Origin: a virus
Taxonomy: Duplodnaviria > Heunggongvirae > Uroviricota > Caudoviricetes
IMG/VR virus record: IMGVR_UViG_2645727901_000008
Reading direction: 5' to 3' (one strand)
DNA length: 64,000 nucleotides
A program made the translations under genes and the position numbers. Below are positions 46,028 through 54,555 of the stretch, piece by piece. Every line of letters starts with the position of its first letter. Position 1 is the first letter of the stretch. The notes below the pieces were generated by a model, which was given only the letters and a program-made list of their open reading frames with translations, was not told where the DNA came from and made no database searches.

Positions 46028-46334
46028 TCTGGCTTTCCTCTCGTTGTTTGATTAGGTTGGCATTCAGTTCTGCTGTTTTGCGCTGGTACTCCTTTTCCAG
46101 TGCTTTAATTCTTTCGTTTTCGGTCAGCATGGCTGAGCGAGCGTTCTCACTTAACTGTAATGCGGTAGAAAGCGTGTTGTTCGTGCTTTCCAGTTGTGAT
46201 TTTGAGTCTTCAAGCGATCGGACATACCTGATGTGTTCGATAACTGCCGTCGTTGTTCGGTAAATTCCAGAAATGGCTAAAAGCGCAATTACAATCAAAA
46301 TTATCTTTTTCAAAACCATCCTCTCCAGGTTCAT
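45861..46334 (-). CDS. i-spanin (Rz-like)
   Basis: 157 aa; N-terminal TM KKIILIVIALLAISGIY followed by a long coiled coil. Confidence 0.65.
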   Translation of the reverse strand: MNLERMVLKKIILIVIALLAISGIYRTTTAVIEHIRYVRSLEDSKSQLESTNNTLSTALQLSENARSAMLTENERIKALEKEYQRKTAELNANLIKQREESQNEITRLENALRRAGINDVRVPDDVIRMQRERAKAINQRASENYRRSHQQAAGKSD

Positions 46335-46389
46335 TTTTGGTGTTAAACATGTACCAATTTACATCCTTTTGTGTGCCTAAGTGGTGTTT

Positions 46390-47196
46390 CTATGGTTCCT
46401 TTTTGGTGTTCTTTTGGAGCGCATCGATAACGCCTTGTGGCATGATTAAACTGATTGCCGGACTCATTACTGCATCATCCAGTAGAGAACCAGTTAACGT
46501 GATGGCGACAGCGTTCTCTAAACCTCTGGTTGCCTGAGTGGTTGACGTTTTAATGCGACCTGTAAGGGCTACGACACCCTCACTTGCTGAGTTAATTTCG
46601 GAGAGTAAAACTTCGGCGGCTGTCACTGCTTCCCGTAAAGCATCAATTTCATCCTGAGTAATGACTGGAGCCTGAGCGCCCCCAGCACCACCCTGTCCAC
46701 CATTGCTTTCACCACCACCAGCACTTCCGGTAGCTTCAATTTTTGCGTTAATGGCGTTCATGGCGGTTTTCAGAGCATCAAGTTTTAGCGCCGTCAATGC
46801 GTCCGTCAGAGATTGCGGAATGGAAACATTCCCCATTCCCTCAACAAGGGCGAAAGCAGGTATGGGGGTCAGCTCGTTACCTTTTGCGTAGCATTCCCAG
46901 CCAATCTTCATCTGTAACAGCTCTGATGGTTTGGTGTATGGGGAAAGAGAATCAGCCAGTAATGAAGACGCTTTGCTGGCCTCATTGAGCTGTTCAGAAA
47001 AGCCAAGCAATTGAGTAGTCCAGGCCGAAACAGAATCAGGATAGGTTTTATCGGCGTGAACTATTCCCTGTATGGCGCTGGCGAGCGATGAGGCTTTTAC
47101 AGAAGCTGCCCGGCTTATGGTTATAGATTCTGGTGTAGAGATACCGGCATCTGACAGAATTTTGAAGGCTTTAACTTCACCTATTGAATCAAGCAT
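46390..47196 (-). CDS. hypothetical protein downstream of the PAAR gene
   Basis: About 268 aa from ATG 47196, which overlaps the PAAR stop by 1 nt; Ala/Ser/Gly-rich middle region. Confidence 0.45.
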   Translation of the reverse strand: MLDSIGEVKAFKILSDAGISTPESITISRAASVKASSLASAIQGIVHADKTYPDSVSAWTTQLLGFSEQLNEASKASSLLADSLSPYTKPSELLQMKIGWECYAKGNELTPIPAFALVEGMGNVSIPQSLTDALTALKLDALKTAMNAINAKIEATGSAGGGESNGGQGGAGGAQAPVITQDEIDALREAVTAAEVLLSEINSASEGVVALTGRIKTSTTQATRGLENAVAITLTGSLLDDAVMSPAISLIMPQGVIDALQKNTKKEP

Positions 47197-47480
47197 TATG
47201 CAACCTGAAAAATATCCTCGCCGTTGGCGATAACAGAACCACAAGAAAGCGGATCGCCTACACAGACAACTCCCTTTCCACCTATCGAAAACCATACTCG
47301 CGTCGATACAGCTGCCCCTGGATGTGCACTGTTACCGTCAGTGTGACTGGGAAACATGGCACCATCTACAACAACTGGCTTACCGTTAACGGTGAACCAG
47401 GGAACGGTTTCAGCTACCAGTCGCGGCGGAAATCCTCCGTGACCAGAACAAAGGGTGTCGCTGGTGGCTATTGCGCTCAT
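47196..47480 (-). CDS. PAAR-like spike-tip protein
   Basis: 94 aa with Cys/His/Gly pattern (…LCSGHGG…NGKPVVVDGAMFPSH…GDPLSCGS…) as in PAAR proteins. Confidence 0.6.
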   Translation of the reverse strand: MSAIATSDTLCSGHGGFPPRLVAETVPWFTVNGKPVVVDGAMFPSHTDGNSAHPGAAVSTRVWFSIGGKGVVCVGDPLSCGSVIANGEDIFQVA

Positions 47481-47513
47481 TCTTCACCTCCTGGTTATCC
47501 TCCTATTGTCATC

Positions 47514-47528
47514 ACTTTGTTATTTCGT
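47514..47528 (-). promoter_or_regulatory. late-promoter-like motif (cactttgttatttcg)
   Basis: Motif 34-48 bp upstream of the PAAR gene start. Confidence 0.4.
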
Positions 47529-47559
47529 CATTCAAACGGAGAGTTAAATTTCGGAATAT

Positions 47560-47735
47560 TTTTGTATTCTCAATTCGTTCTCAAATAAATCTCACTGTCA
47601 GACCATCATTCGGTGGGTGATTAAGATATTCTCAAAATAAACTCAACAATCGCTCTTTTTATCTCGTTTGGTGTGGATTTTTGGGTGCTTCTCTTTTAAA
47701 ATTACATTTTGGTTCTCAAATGTGTCTCAGAAGTG
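47560..47735 (+). repeat. parC-like centromere repeats upstream of parM
   Basis: Repeated TTCTCAA(A/T) elements at about 47567, 47578, 47629 and 47714. Confidence 0.5.
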
Positions 47736-47745
47736 GAGCAAGAAG

Positions 47746-48702
47746 ATGCGCATTTTTATCGATGATGGTTCAACCAATATCAAAATGCTGTGGGAGCACG
47801 ACGGGGAAACTCGCACTCACATCAGCCCTAACAGCTTTAAGCGCGGATGGTCAGCAACATTTGGTGCTGGCAAGCCATTTAACTATGTCATTGACGACGA
47901 AAAGTATTCGTATGATTTGATCTCGCCAGATGTTCTGCCGACGAATAACGTGGAATGGCAATACAGCCCGCTTAACGTCCTGGCTGTTCACCATGCCCTG
48001 CTGACAAGTGGCATTGAGCCGCAGGAAGTAGAAATTGTGGTTACGCTGCCACTGGCGGAGTTTTACGACGACGACGCGCAATACAATCTCGATAACATCG
48101 AGCGCAAGAAAGCCAGCCTTATGCGCCCCGTCACGCTGAATAAAGGCAATGTATTCACGATTAAGAAAGTTACGGTACGCCCGGAGTCTATTCCGGCAGG
48201 AATTGGTCTGTGCGACAATCTGAACCCTGCCCACTCTGTTCTTATCGTCGATTTGGGTGGAACTACCCTTGATGTTTCAATGGTCGCCGGGCAAATGACG
48301 GCAGTTTCCCGTGTTTTTGGCGATTCGAATCTTGGTGTATCACTGGTCACCAGGGAAGTAAGGCAAGCACTTGCCAGAGCCAATACCGAAACGTCAAATT
48401 ACAATGTCGATCAGCTCATTATTAACCGCCACGATGAAGATTATCTGAACGACAATATCAATGACCCATCAGCGGTTGGTGATGTGAAAAAGGCCATTGC
48501 CGCAAGCATTGACCGTCTGCGTACCCGCGTTCTTGATGTGATTGGCGACTTTAAAGGATATACGCATGTCATGGTGATCGGTGGTGGCGCACCGCTGGTG
48601 GCAGATGCAATTCGCGAGCAAGTTAATATTCGTGATGACCGTTTCTTCGTGGCGGATGACCCGCAACTTGCTCTTGTTCATGGCCTGAAAGCAATCGGTT
48701 AA
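47746..48702 (+). CDS. parM: plasmid segregation actin-like ATPase ParM
   Basis: MRIFIDDGSTNIK…ISPNSFKR…DLGGTTLD…GYTHVMVIGGGA is highly similar to R1 ParM as recalled. Confidence 0.9.
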   Translation: MRIFIDDGSTNIKMLWEHDGETRTHISPNSFKRGWSATFGAGKPFNYVIDDEKYSYDLISPDVLPTNNVEWQYSPLNVLAVHHALLTSGIEPQEVEIVVTLPLAEFYDDDAQYNLDNIERKKASLMRPVTLNKGNVFTIKKVTVRPESIPAGIGLCDNLNPAHSVLIVDLGGTTLDVSMVAGQMTAVSRVFGDSNLGVSLVTREVRQALARANTETSNYNVDQLIINRHDEDYLNDNINDPSAVGDVKKAIAASIDRLRTRVLDVIGDFKGYTHVMVIGGGAPLVADAIREQVNIRDDRFFVADDPQLALVHGLKAIG

Positions 48703-48709
48703 CGAGGTA

Positions 48710-49054
48710 ATGTCCATGTCTCAGGAACGTAAGAAAGTGATGATTTATCTTCGCCCAGAGGCTTATGCCAATGAAAAGGCGGCGAGCGAGAAGATAAAAA
48801 AACATAGCGATATGGCAAGAACCGCATTGTTGGCAGGGCTTGCGCTGGGAGAAGTCGATAGCAGGCTTCCAGGATTACTGGCTTCCCTGCTGACCGAAGA
48901 CAATAACCCGGAGCTGATCCGAAAAATGCTGGCATCCTTCCTGGAACTACCAGCTGCGGTTGAGGAGCGCCCTGCCTCCATTGAGCCAGTGAAGGAGCAA
49001 GTTGTTGCCAAAAGCGCGTCGGCGCGTAATCTTGCTGATTCTCTACCTGATTGA
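48710..49054 (+). CDS. parR: ParR-like centromere-binding adaptor
   Basis: 114-aa ORF 7 bp after parM, matching the R1 parMR order; followed by a terminator. Confidence 0.55.
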   Translation: MSMSQERKKVMIYLRPEAYANEKAASEKIKKHSDMARTALLAGLALGEVDSRLPGLLASLLTEDNNPELIRKMLASFLELPAAVEERPASIEPVKEQVVAKSASARNLADSLPD

Positions 49055-49073
49055 TGGTCAAAACTCTATTTTA

Positions 49074-49097
49074 AGGCTGCAAATTGCAGCCTTTTTT
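49074..49097 (+). terminator. intrinsic terminator after parR
   Basis: Hairpin ggctgc-aaatt-gcagcc followed by ttttttg. Confidence 0.6.
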
Positions 49098-49098
49098 G

Positions 49099-49320
49099 TT
49101 CCTTTTTGGTGTTAAAATGGCATCAAAGCGACACCAAATGGGAGTCGTTAATGTACTGGTGCATACTTGGTGCTAATTTAGTGCTATTCAGGCGCAAAAC
49201 GTGTACCAGTATCCATCGGATTTGATGTTATACTTCCGGCATTAAGAATGGTGCTATTGCTGTACCGTTGATGTGTAAATGTGGTGCTGTTTTAGTGTAA
49301 AAATAGAGCCAAAATAAAGC
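49099..49320 (+). repeat. centromere-like repeat region upstream of parA
   Basis: Dense (T)GGTGC(T) and GTACCAG-type repeats, including acttggtgctaatttagtgctatt, aatggtgctattgctgtacc and tgtggtgctgttttagtg. Confidence 0.5.
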
Positions 49321-49326
49321 CGAGGT

Positions 49327-49974
49327 ATGGACATGATTATCCTGGTAGCAAGTCAAAAGGGAGGCTGTGGCAAGTCAACCACCAGCGTCAATATTTGTGC
49401 CGAGCTGGCCCGAAAAAACAAAGATGTCGTCTTGATTGATGCTGATAAGCAGGGAACGGCAGCTCGATGGGCGTCAGACCGTAATTCGTCCGAAGTGACA
49501 CCAGTTATTCATTGCGTCCAGAAGTTTGGAAATATTCGAGAAACTCTGCTCGATCTTAACAATCGATATGAATACGTGGTTGTTGATACCGCAGGTCGTG
49601 ATAGTAAAGAGATGCGCACAGGTATAACGGCGGCGGATATTCTATTGGTTCCATTCAGGCCGTCTCAGCCAGATTTGGACACGCTGGCACACTTTGTTGA
49701 GGTGTTTGAAGAGGCTTTGGATCTGATGCCTAATCCCAATATTAAGGCGTGCGCAGTCTTAACTATGGCCCCGTCAAATCCGGTTGTGAATGAAGCAAAT
49801 GAGGCCAAAGAGTATCTGGCAGAATATCCGCAACTGAAATTGCTGAAAACCATTATTCGCGATCGCAAGGTTTACCGCGACTGCATGGCTGAAGGAAAGG
49901 GTGTTGTTGAGATGGATAACGGTAAGGCGAAAGGTGAAATTCAGATGTTAGTTAAGGAGTTGCTAAGTGATTAA
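49327..49974 (+). CDS. parA: small ParA/ParF-type partition ATPase
   Basis: Deviant Walker A (KGGCGKST) in VASQKGGCGKSTTSVN and a VVDTAGRD segment; 215 aa. Confidence 0.8.
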   Translation: MDMIILVASQKGGCGKSTTSVNICAELARKNKDVVLIDADKQGTAARWASDRNSSEVTPVIHCVQKFGNIRETLLDLNNRYEYVVVDTAGRDSKEMRTGITAADILLVPFRPSQPDLDTLAHFVEVFEEALDLMPNPNIKACAVLTMAPSNPVVNEANEAKEYLAEYPQLKLLKTIIRDRKVYRDCMAEGKGVVEMDNGKAKGEIQMLVKELLSD

Positions 49975-50251
49975 ACGTCGAGAACCAGCTAAAGCGCCTA
50001 AGGCTACTGATCCGGAACTTGAGCGAAGAATTGAAGAGTTCGCCAGCAAAGCGGATTTAATCCCGGATGAAATTACAACGGGGAAGGTGCTTGATAAAGA
50101 TGCGCCGCGCGACTTTAAATCCATACGCGTGAGCTTTAATGAATATGAGTACGGGGTGCTCGATGCGTTAAGCAAAAAGCTTAACCGCAGCAAATTGAAC
50201 CTGATTCGACATGCCATCCTCATGCTTGCTGAGTCAGAGGATGCTAAATGA
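49967..50251 (+). CDS. ParG-like small centromere-binding protein
   Basis: 94-aa ORF overlapping the parA stop; C-terminus IRVSFNEYEYGVLDALSKKLNRSKLNLIRHAI is compatible with a ribbon-helix-helix fold. Confidence 0.55.
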   Translation: MIKRREPAKAPKATDPELERRIEEFASKADLIPDEITTGKVLDKDAPRDFKSIRVSFNEYEYGVLDALSKKLNRSKLNLIRHAILMLAESEDAK

Positions 50252-50370
50252 TACCGATTTGATGCCTTATTGGCGTCTATCGTGTACCAGTGCAATAATG
50301 TGTCAAAGTGGTGCCATAATGGTGTTAATATACAGCCATATTGATATCAAATTGACACTGTATCGGCATC

Positions 50371-50396
50371 AAAAAGCCCCAGGCGGGGCTTTTTCT
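50371..50396. terminator. bidirectional intrinsic terminator
   Basis: aaaaagcccc-aggc-ggggctttttc between the parA/G locus and the convergent dam gene. Confidence 0.65.
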
Positions 50397-51300
50397 ATTT
50401 GAGCGTTGCAATGATATCGTTAGCGACTATTCGCGTGGATGCTTTGCATGACACGGACCGTCTGGCTGGCATGTGGTACAGCTTAAAACCGTTTCTTTCG
50501 TACAATTCGCGAATTTTTGGCGCGCCACTGTTTGTTATTACTATCTTTGCACCGCGCTGGTGGGCCGCCACCAACAGTGATACAAGCCGTTTTTGTTCAT
50601 CGAAAAGGAAGCTATTTCCTGAATAGCTGGTAAATCCCTCTGTATCTGGCAGCGGCTCATACGGCGGGTCACAAAAAATCACATCGTCTTTACCAGCCGC
50701 CTCGATGACACCAGCAAAGTCACCTGATACAAAGGAAGTGTTTTTGAGTACGTCATCAGCCAAAAATGCCTTCATCTCTGCATGTGGGAAGTAGGGCGCT
50801 TTGTATTTGCCATACCCCACGTTGAACTCGCCATTTTGGTTGTACCGCGTTACGCCATTAAAACAGTGACGATTAAGGTACAAAAATGCGGCAGCATGAT
50901 GTAGTTGGTCATACTTTCCTCTGTTAAATGCCTCACGCACTTCGAGGTAAGCGTCAGCGTTGTTGTAATTTTTGAAAAAACTATATGACAGCGTGACGAG
51001 CGAATGTCCTTCTCGCTGCAATGTCTGATAGAAGTTAATCAGGTCACCGTTAATATCATTAAGCAGGTTGTGGCGAAATCCTGCATTCGTAAATACGGAA
51101 CCGCCACCAACGAATGGTTCTATTAACCGCTTACCGTGTGGTAGATGCTCAAGCACTGTAGGCAATTCTGAGAATTTACCACCTACCCATTTGAATATCG
51201 GACGCTCATATTCATCCGGAGTCCGAATGGTGCGCATATAGCTAATTTCAGCCATCGTATCCTGTTTTTCTATGGCTATGCTTGCTATAGATTTACTCAT
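50395..51300 (-). CDS. dam: DNA adenine methyltransferase (Dam family)
   Basis: KWVGGK…EPFVGGGSVF…FLYLNRHCFNG…FCDPPYEP matches Dam motifs; ATG 51300 has SD aaggggg. Confidence 0.85.
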   Translation of the reverse strand: MSKSIASIAIEKQDTMAEISYMRTIRTPDEYERPIFKWVGGKFSELPTVLEHLPHGKRLIEPFVGGGSVFTNAGFRHNLLNDINGDLINFYQTLQREGHSLVTLSYSFFKNYNNADAYLEVREAFNRGKYDQLHHAAAFLYLNRHCFNGVTRYNQNGEFNVGYGKYKAPYFPHAEMKAFLADDVLKNTSFVSGDFAGVIEAAGKDDVIFCDPPYEPLPDTEGFTSYSGNSFLFDEQKRLVSLLVAAHQRGAKIVITNSGAPKIRELYERNGFKLYHMPARRSVSCKASTRIVANDIIATLK

Positions 51301-51913
51301 AGAGCACCCCCTTATTCGCTTCGAAAACTGCCTTTGCGAATCCATGTGGAGTAGCACTTCGAAAATTAGCCCTGTCAGGCCCTGGTGGCGCGGCATGGAT
51401 TCTGTTATCTGGCTTGCCTAATGATTCGTCCATTAGGGCATCAGGCATGACAAAGCCCTGGCCGCTCCAGAGGCATGTTTTTTTTGTGTAGTTATCTTCC
51501 TGACAATATGCAGTGAAGAAGTAAGGGTGAAAGATGTGATCTGGCTTACGCCAGAATGTCGATATTTTGCTGACCGGATTTTCAATCATGTACGGACAAC
51601 CGATCATCTTTGCAATGTCATAACACTGCCAGACAACCTGCATTGCTTTGAACTGGAAAACCGGATCTTTATTAGCCTTGTCCGAAAACCAGCGCGCGCC
51701 GGAAACAGCCAGGTCAGTACACGGTGGGAACCCGGCCAGAAACACGATGCGCTGCAAATTCTTACGGAGAAAAGCGTATACTTCATCGCTATCGATGATC
51801 GCACTAATACGCGTCAGAACGGCACCTGATTGCATCCGCTCGTCACTGGTCGATAAGTGCTGTGGATCGACGATAGCGGCATCGACACCGTATTCCAGCC
51901 AGGGGGCAACCAT
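51293..51913 (-). CDS. C5-cytosine-methyltransferase-like protein lacking an evident motif I
   Basis: Motif IV-like FLAGFPPCTDLAVSG and motif VI-like CPYMIENP are present. The track start at 52045 would overlap rdgC by about 88 nt; ATG 51913 has a strong SD (acggggg). No FxGxG seen in either version. Confidence 0.45.
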   Translation of the reverse strand: MVAPWLEYGVDAAIVDPQHLSTSDERMQSGAVLTRISAIIDSDEVYAFLRKNLQRIVFLAGFPPCTDLAVSGARWFSDKANKDPVFQFKAMQVVWQCYDIAKMIGCPYMIENPVSKISTFWRKPDHIFHPYFFTAYCQEDNYTKKTCLWSGQGFVMPDALMDESLGKPDNRIHAAPPGPDRANFRSATPHGFAKAVFEANKGVLYE

Positions 51914-51956
51914 TGCCCCCGTAAAATCACAAAGACTCACAACAAGCTGTCGGTTA

Positions 51957-52862
51957 TTATCGTTCTGCTTCACCGCCAATGGCCTCCACCAGCGCGTTAA
52001 ACAGTGCAGATAATTCGCCCGTAAAGAGCACGAAATCAGCATCAAATCGTTGTGCTACATCCTCCCGGTCGATATCGTCGTTCTGGTCATAGAGATCATC
52101 ACAGAATGTCAGGGCTTTGATACTCATATCATCGTTGACTCTGAACGACGCACGGTCCATCCAGTTAATTGCAACGGTCGTAGCTACTTTCCCCGCCTCA
52201 ATGTGAGACATAATCTCGTCGGACTGTAGATCAACTTTGTTGCAGCGAACGGCACCACCATTATCGAGCAGACCCTTTAATGTGGCGTCTTCACCTGCTG
52301 TAAATCCGGCAGGGAAGCCGCTTTTAAACCACTCGGTCATTGTAATTTCCAGCGGTTCGCGTGGTGTGAATGGAATGACAGGCAGGCTGCCGAGCGACTT
52401 TCGCAATAAAGCCAGCTGGTCCTCTGCCTTTTTGGCGCTGCTTGCCTCAACGAATACCAGATGGTTGCTGCGGTCGATCAGGATTTTGGCGAGTGATTTT
52501 CTCGTGAACGCGCGAGGCAAAAGTGAATGCAGGACTTCATCTTTAAGACTGTCTCTTTCCGTTTTCTTCAGCTTGCGGGCTTGCTCTTCTTCGAGTTTCA
52601 GGACTTTTTTCTGCAACTCTTCCTTGAGCACCTGCGAGGGGAGAATTTTTTCTTCTCGCTTATGCTGTATTAGCAGAAAACCCTGGTATTCATGGGTGAG
52701 GTTGTCACCAAGAACAGGTGTCCAACCGACTTTAGCTGTGTCCTGAGAACCGCAAGGAGTAAACACGAATTTGCTAAGAGCATCGGATACTTCTGCGGCA
52801 CTCCAGTTAACTTCACGTGAAAGACGATAGATGAAGATGTTTTTGAAAGCGACTGATCTCAT
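51957..52862 (-). CDS. rdgC: recombination-associated protein RdgC (P1 HrdC-like)
   Basis: …VYRLSR…FTPCGSQD…EEKILPS…[22 protein letters not shown]…[13 protein letters not shown]… is collinear with E. coli RdgC as recalled. Confidence 0.9.
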   Translation of the reverse strand: MRSVAFKNIFIYRLSREVNWSAAEVSDALSKFVFTPCGSQDTAKVGWTPVLGDNLTHEYQGFLLIQHKREEKILPSQVLKEELQKKVLKLEEEQARKLKKTERDSLKDEVLHSLLPRAFTRKSLAKILIDRSNHLVFVEASSAKKAEDQLALLRKSLGSLPVIPFTPREPLEITMTEWFKSGFPAGFTAGEDATLKGLLDNGGAVRCNKVDLQSDEIMSHIEAGKVATTVAINWMDRASFRVNDDMSIKALTFCDDLYDQNDDIDREDVAQRFDADFVLFTGELSALFNALVEAIGGEAER

Positions 52863-52871
52863 GTTTCACCA

Positions 52872-52910
52872 ATTGTGTTAGAAAATTCTATTCAATTATC
52901 TAACACAATT
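52872..52910. promoter_or_regulatory. palindromic pair of C1-operator-like motifs
   Basis: ccaattgtgttagaaaatt…aattatctaacacaattgg: two motif copies in inverted orientation directly upstream of the rdgC start. Confidence 0.5.
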
Positions 52911-52921
52911 GGATGTGTTTT

Positions 52922-53575
52922 CTATCCCTTCTTGAAATCAAAGTTGCTTGCGATGGCCTGGAAGGTGCCTCCAGCCTTGAAATCAATATTTTCGTCGGCT
53001 GTCACAGTAATGTTTTTGCCATTAACGCTGATGTTATCGGCTGATTTGACGTTAACACTCCCTCCCGCATTCACTACTACATCAGCCGGACCAATGATGT
53101 ATATCTGCCCTGATTCATTCATTCCAATCCTTGAGCCTGCTGCCGTATTCGCTATTTCATATCCACCGCCAGCCGTTCGCACTTCGAGCACATTGTTGCG
53201 GTGAATCACGAAATCTTTTGTCGCCGAAAATTGCGGGCGGGGAGGCGCTCCGTCTACTTCTGGTGGCGTCCAGCCGCTACCATTGCCTGACGCCTCCGGC
53301 GCGACGTTTGGTACTCCTCCAGGCGCATCCTGAGCTGCGCCAACTATCATTGGGCGTCTGGTATCAATTCGACCATTAACATCCAGATAAGGAAACTCTA
53401 CCCATACCAGGTCGCCTTTTACTGTAGGTACAAACGCGTTACCTATGGGTAACAGGTATTCTGCCCAGGGTAGATCGTCATCAGGAACGCCATTCCAGTC
53501 TGGTAAAACACGGACCTGAGCACGCATAAGCCCTGCCGGGTGCACAGTTCCAACAATTTGCGCTCTACGCTTCAT
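52922..53575 (-). CDS. baseplate spike/hub protein (gpV-like)
   Basis: The N-terminus resembles the gpV-type baseplate spike domain, followed by a repetitive beta-helix-like C-terminus (…VVNAGGSVNVKSADNISVNGKNITV…). Confidence 0.45.
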   Translation of the reverse strand: MKRRAQIVGTVHPAGLMRAQVRVLPDWNGVPDDDLPWAEYLLPIGNAFVPTVKGDLVWVEFPYLDVNGRIDTRRPMIVGAAQDAPGGVPNVAPEASGNGSGWTPPEVDGAPPRPQFSATKDFVIHRNNVLEVRTAGGGYEIANTAAGSRIGMNESGQIYIIGPADVVVNAGGSVNVKSADNISVNGKNITVTADENIDFKAGGTFQAIASNFDFKKG

Positions 53576-54552
53576 TTGTTCGGCACTCCTAATATCATTC
53601 GTGTTGTGTAGCCTACGCGGTCTTCAAAGTGCGCAACATTTTTTACTATCAGCTTGCGGGGCATTGATTCATCAATGCGGTTTTCCTGGTCATAGCGGTA
53701 TACGATAATCTCTATTACCATTCCCGGTTTTATATCCGGATTGCCTGCGACTTCTATATCCATTTTGGGGACGAGAGACAGCTGCATATTGCGAAGAGTT
53801 TCCATATCAGAATCGGATATATAACGCACTGGGAGTGAGCTATCGCCATATTCGACGTAGCCATCGGTCATGGAATACCCAACAAAACGATATTGATTCT
53901 TTGCTGTTGTCGCATGTTCCTGTTGGAGTAGGCGCATTTTGGACAAAGTGTATTCTGCTTTAGGGTTATTCCCCTCGTAGGTAAATGATGGCGTTTGCTT
54001 CATCAGATCAGCCAGGGTGTAAAAGTTAAATTCCCCACGGCATACCCAACATAATGCACCTTTGTCTCGCGCTATCTGCGAGAGCATTTTTGACGGTTTG
54101 TCACCGGCATTCAGATGATATGTAACTGCGCGTTTTAGCACGCTGCTGGTAATTTTAAGCTTGCCGGAATATGCCTTGAATATAGCGTCTGGTGTTTTGT
54201 TGGTATGTAAATTTGTGCGCGGGGAGGGGATCTTAAACCTGCGCACGTCTTCACTGACAGCAATAACGGTAACAACATCACCAGCCAGCATTGCAGACGT
54301 AACAAAGAAGTCTGTTTTAAAAGTGCCTGCATTACCGTTTGGATCGCCCATTTCAGCCACCAGCGATGCACCGTATTTGGCTTTCCAGTCATCAATTACG
54401 GTGCCGGTAGCGTCATGAATTTCCAGTTTTAGCAAAGGGGCTTTGAGGCTGGTTTTTTCTACATATACTGCGGTAAAAATCCAGTCTCGTGGCACTTTGT
54501 TATCGTTAATGAGCACTGACTGTAGAAAATATTGTTGTAACTCCTGGGCCAC
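53572..54552 (-). CDS. putative baseplate hub protein (gpD-like), hypothetical
   Basis: 326-aa ORF immediately upstream of and overlapping the gpV-like gene. Position-based. Confidence 0.35.
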   Translation of the reverse strand: MAQELQQYFLQSVLINDNKVPRDWIFTAVYVEKTSLKAPLLKLEIHDATGTVIDDWKAKYGASLVAEMGDPNGNAGTFKTDFFVTSAMLAGDVVTVIAVSEDVRRFKIPSPRTNLHTNKTPDAIFKAYSGKLKITSSVLKRAVTYHLNAGDKPSKMLSQIARDKGALCWVCRGEFNFYTLADLMKQTPSFTYEGNNPKAEYTLSKMRLLQQEHATTAKNQYRFVGYSMTDGYVEYGDSSLPVRYISDSDMETLRNMQLSLVPKMDIEVAGNPDIKPGMVIEIIVYRYDQENRIDESMPRKLIVKNVAHFEDRVGYTTRMILGVPNK

Positions 54553-54555
54553 TTA

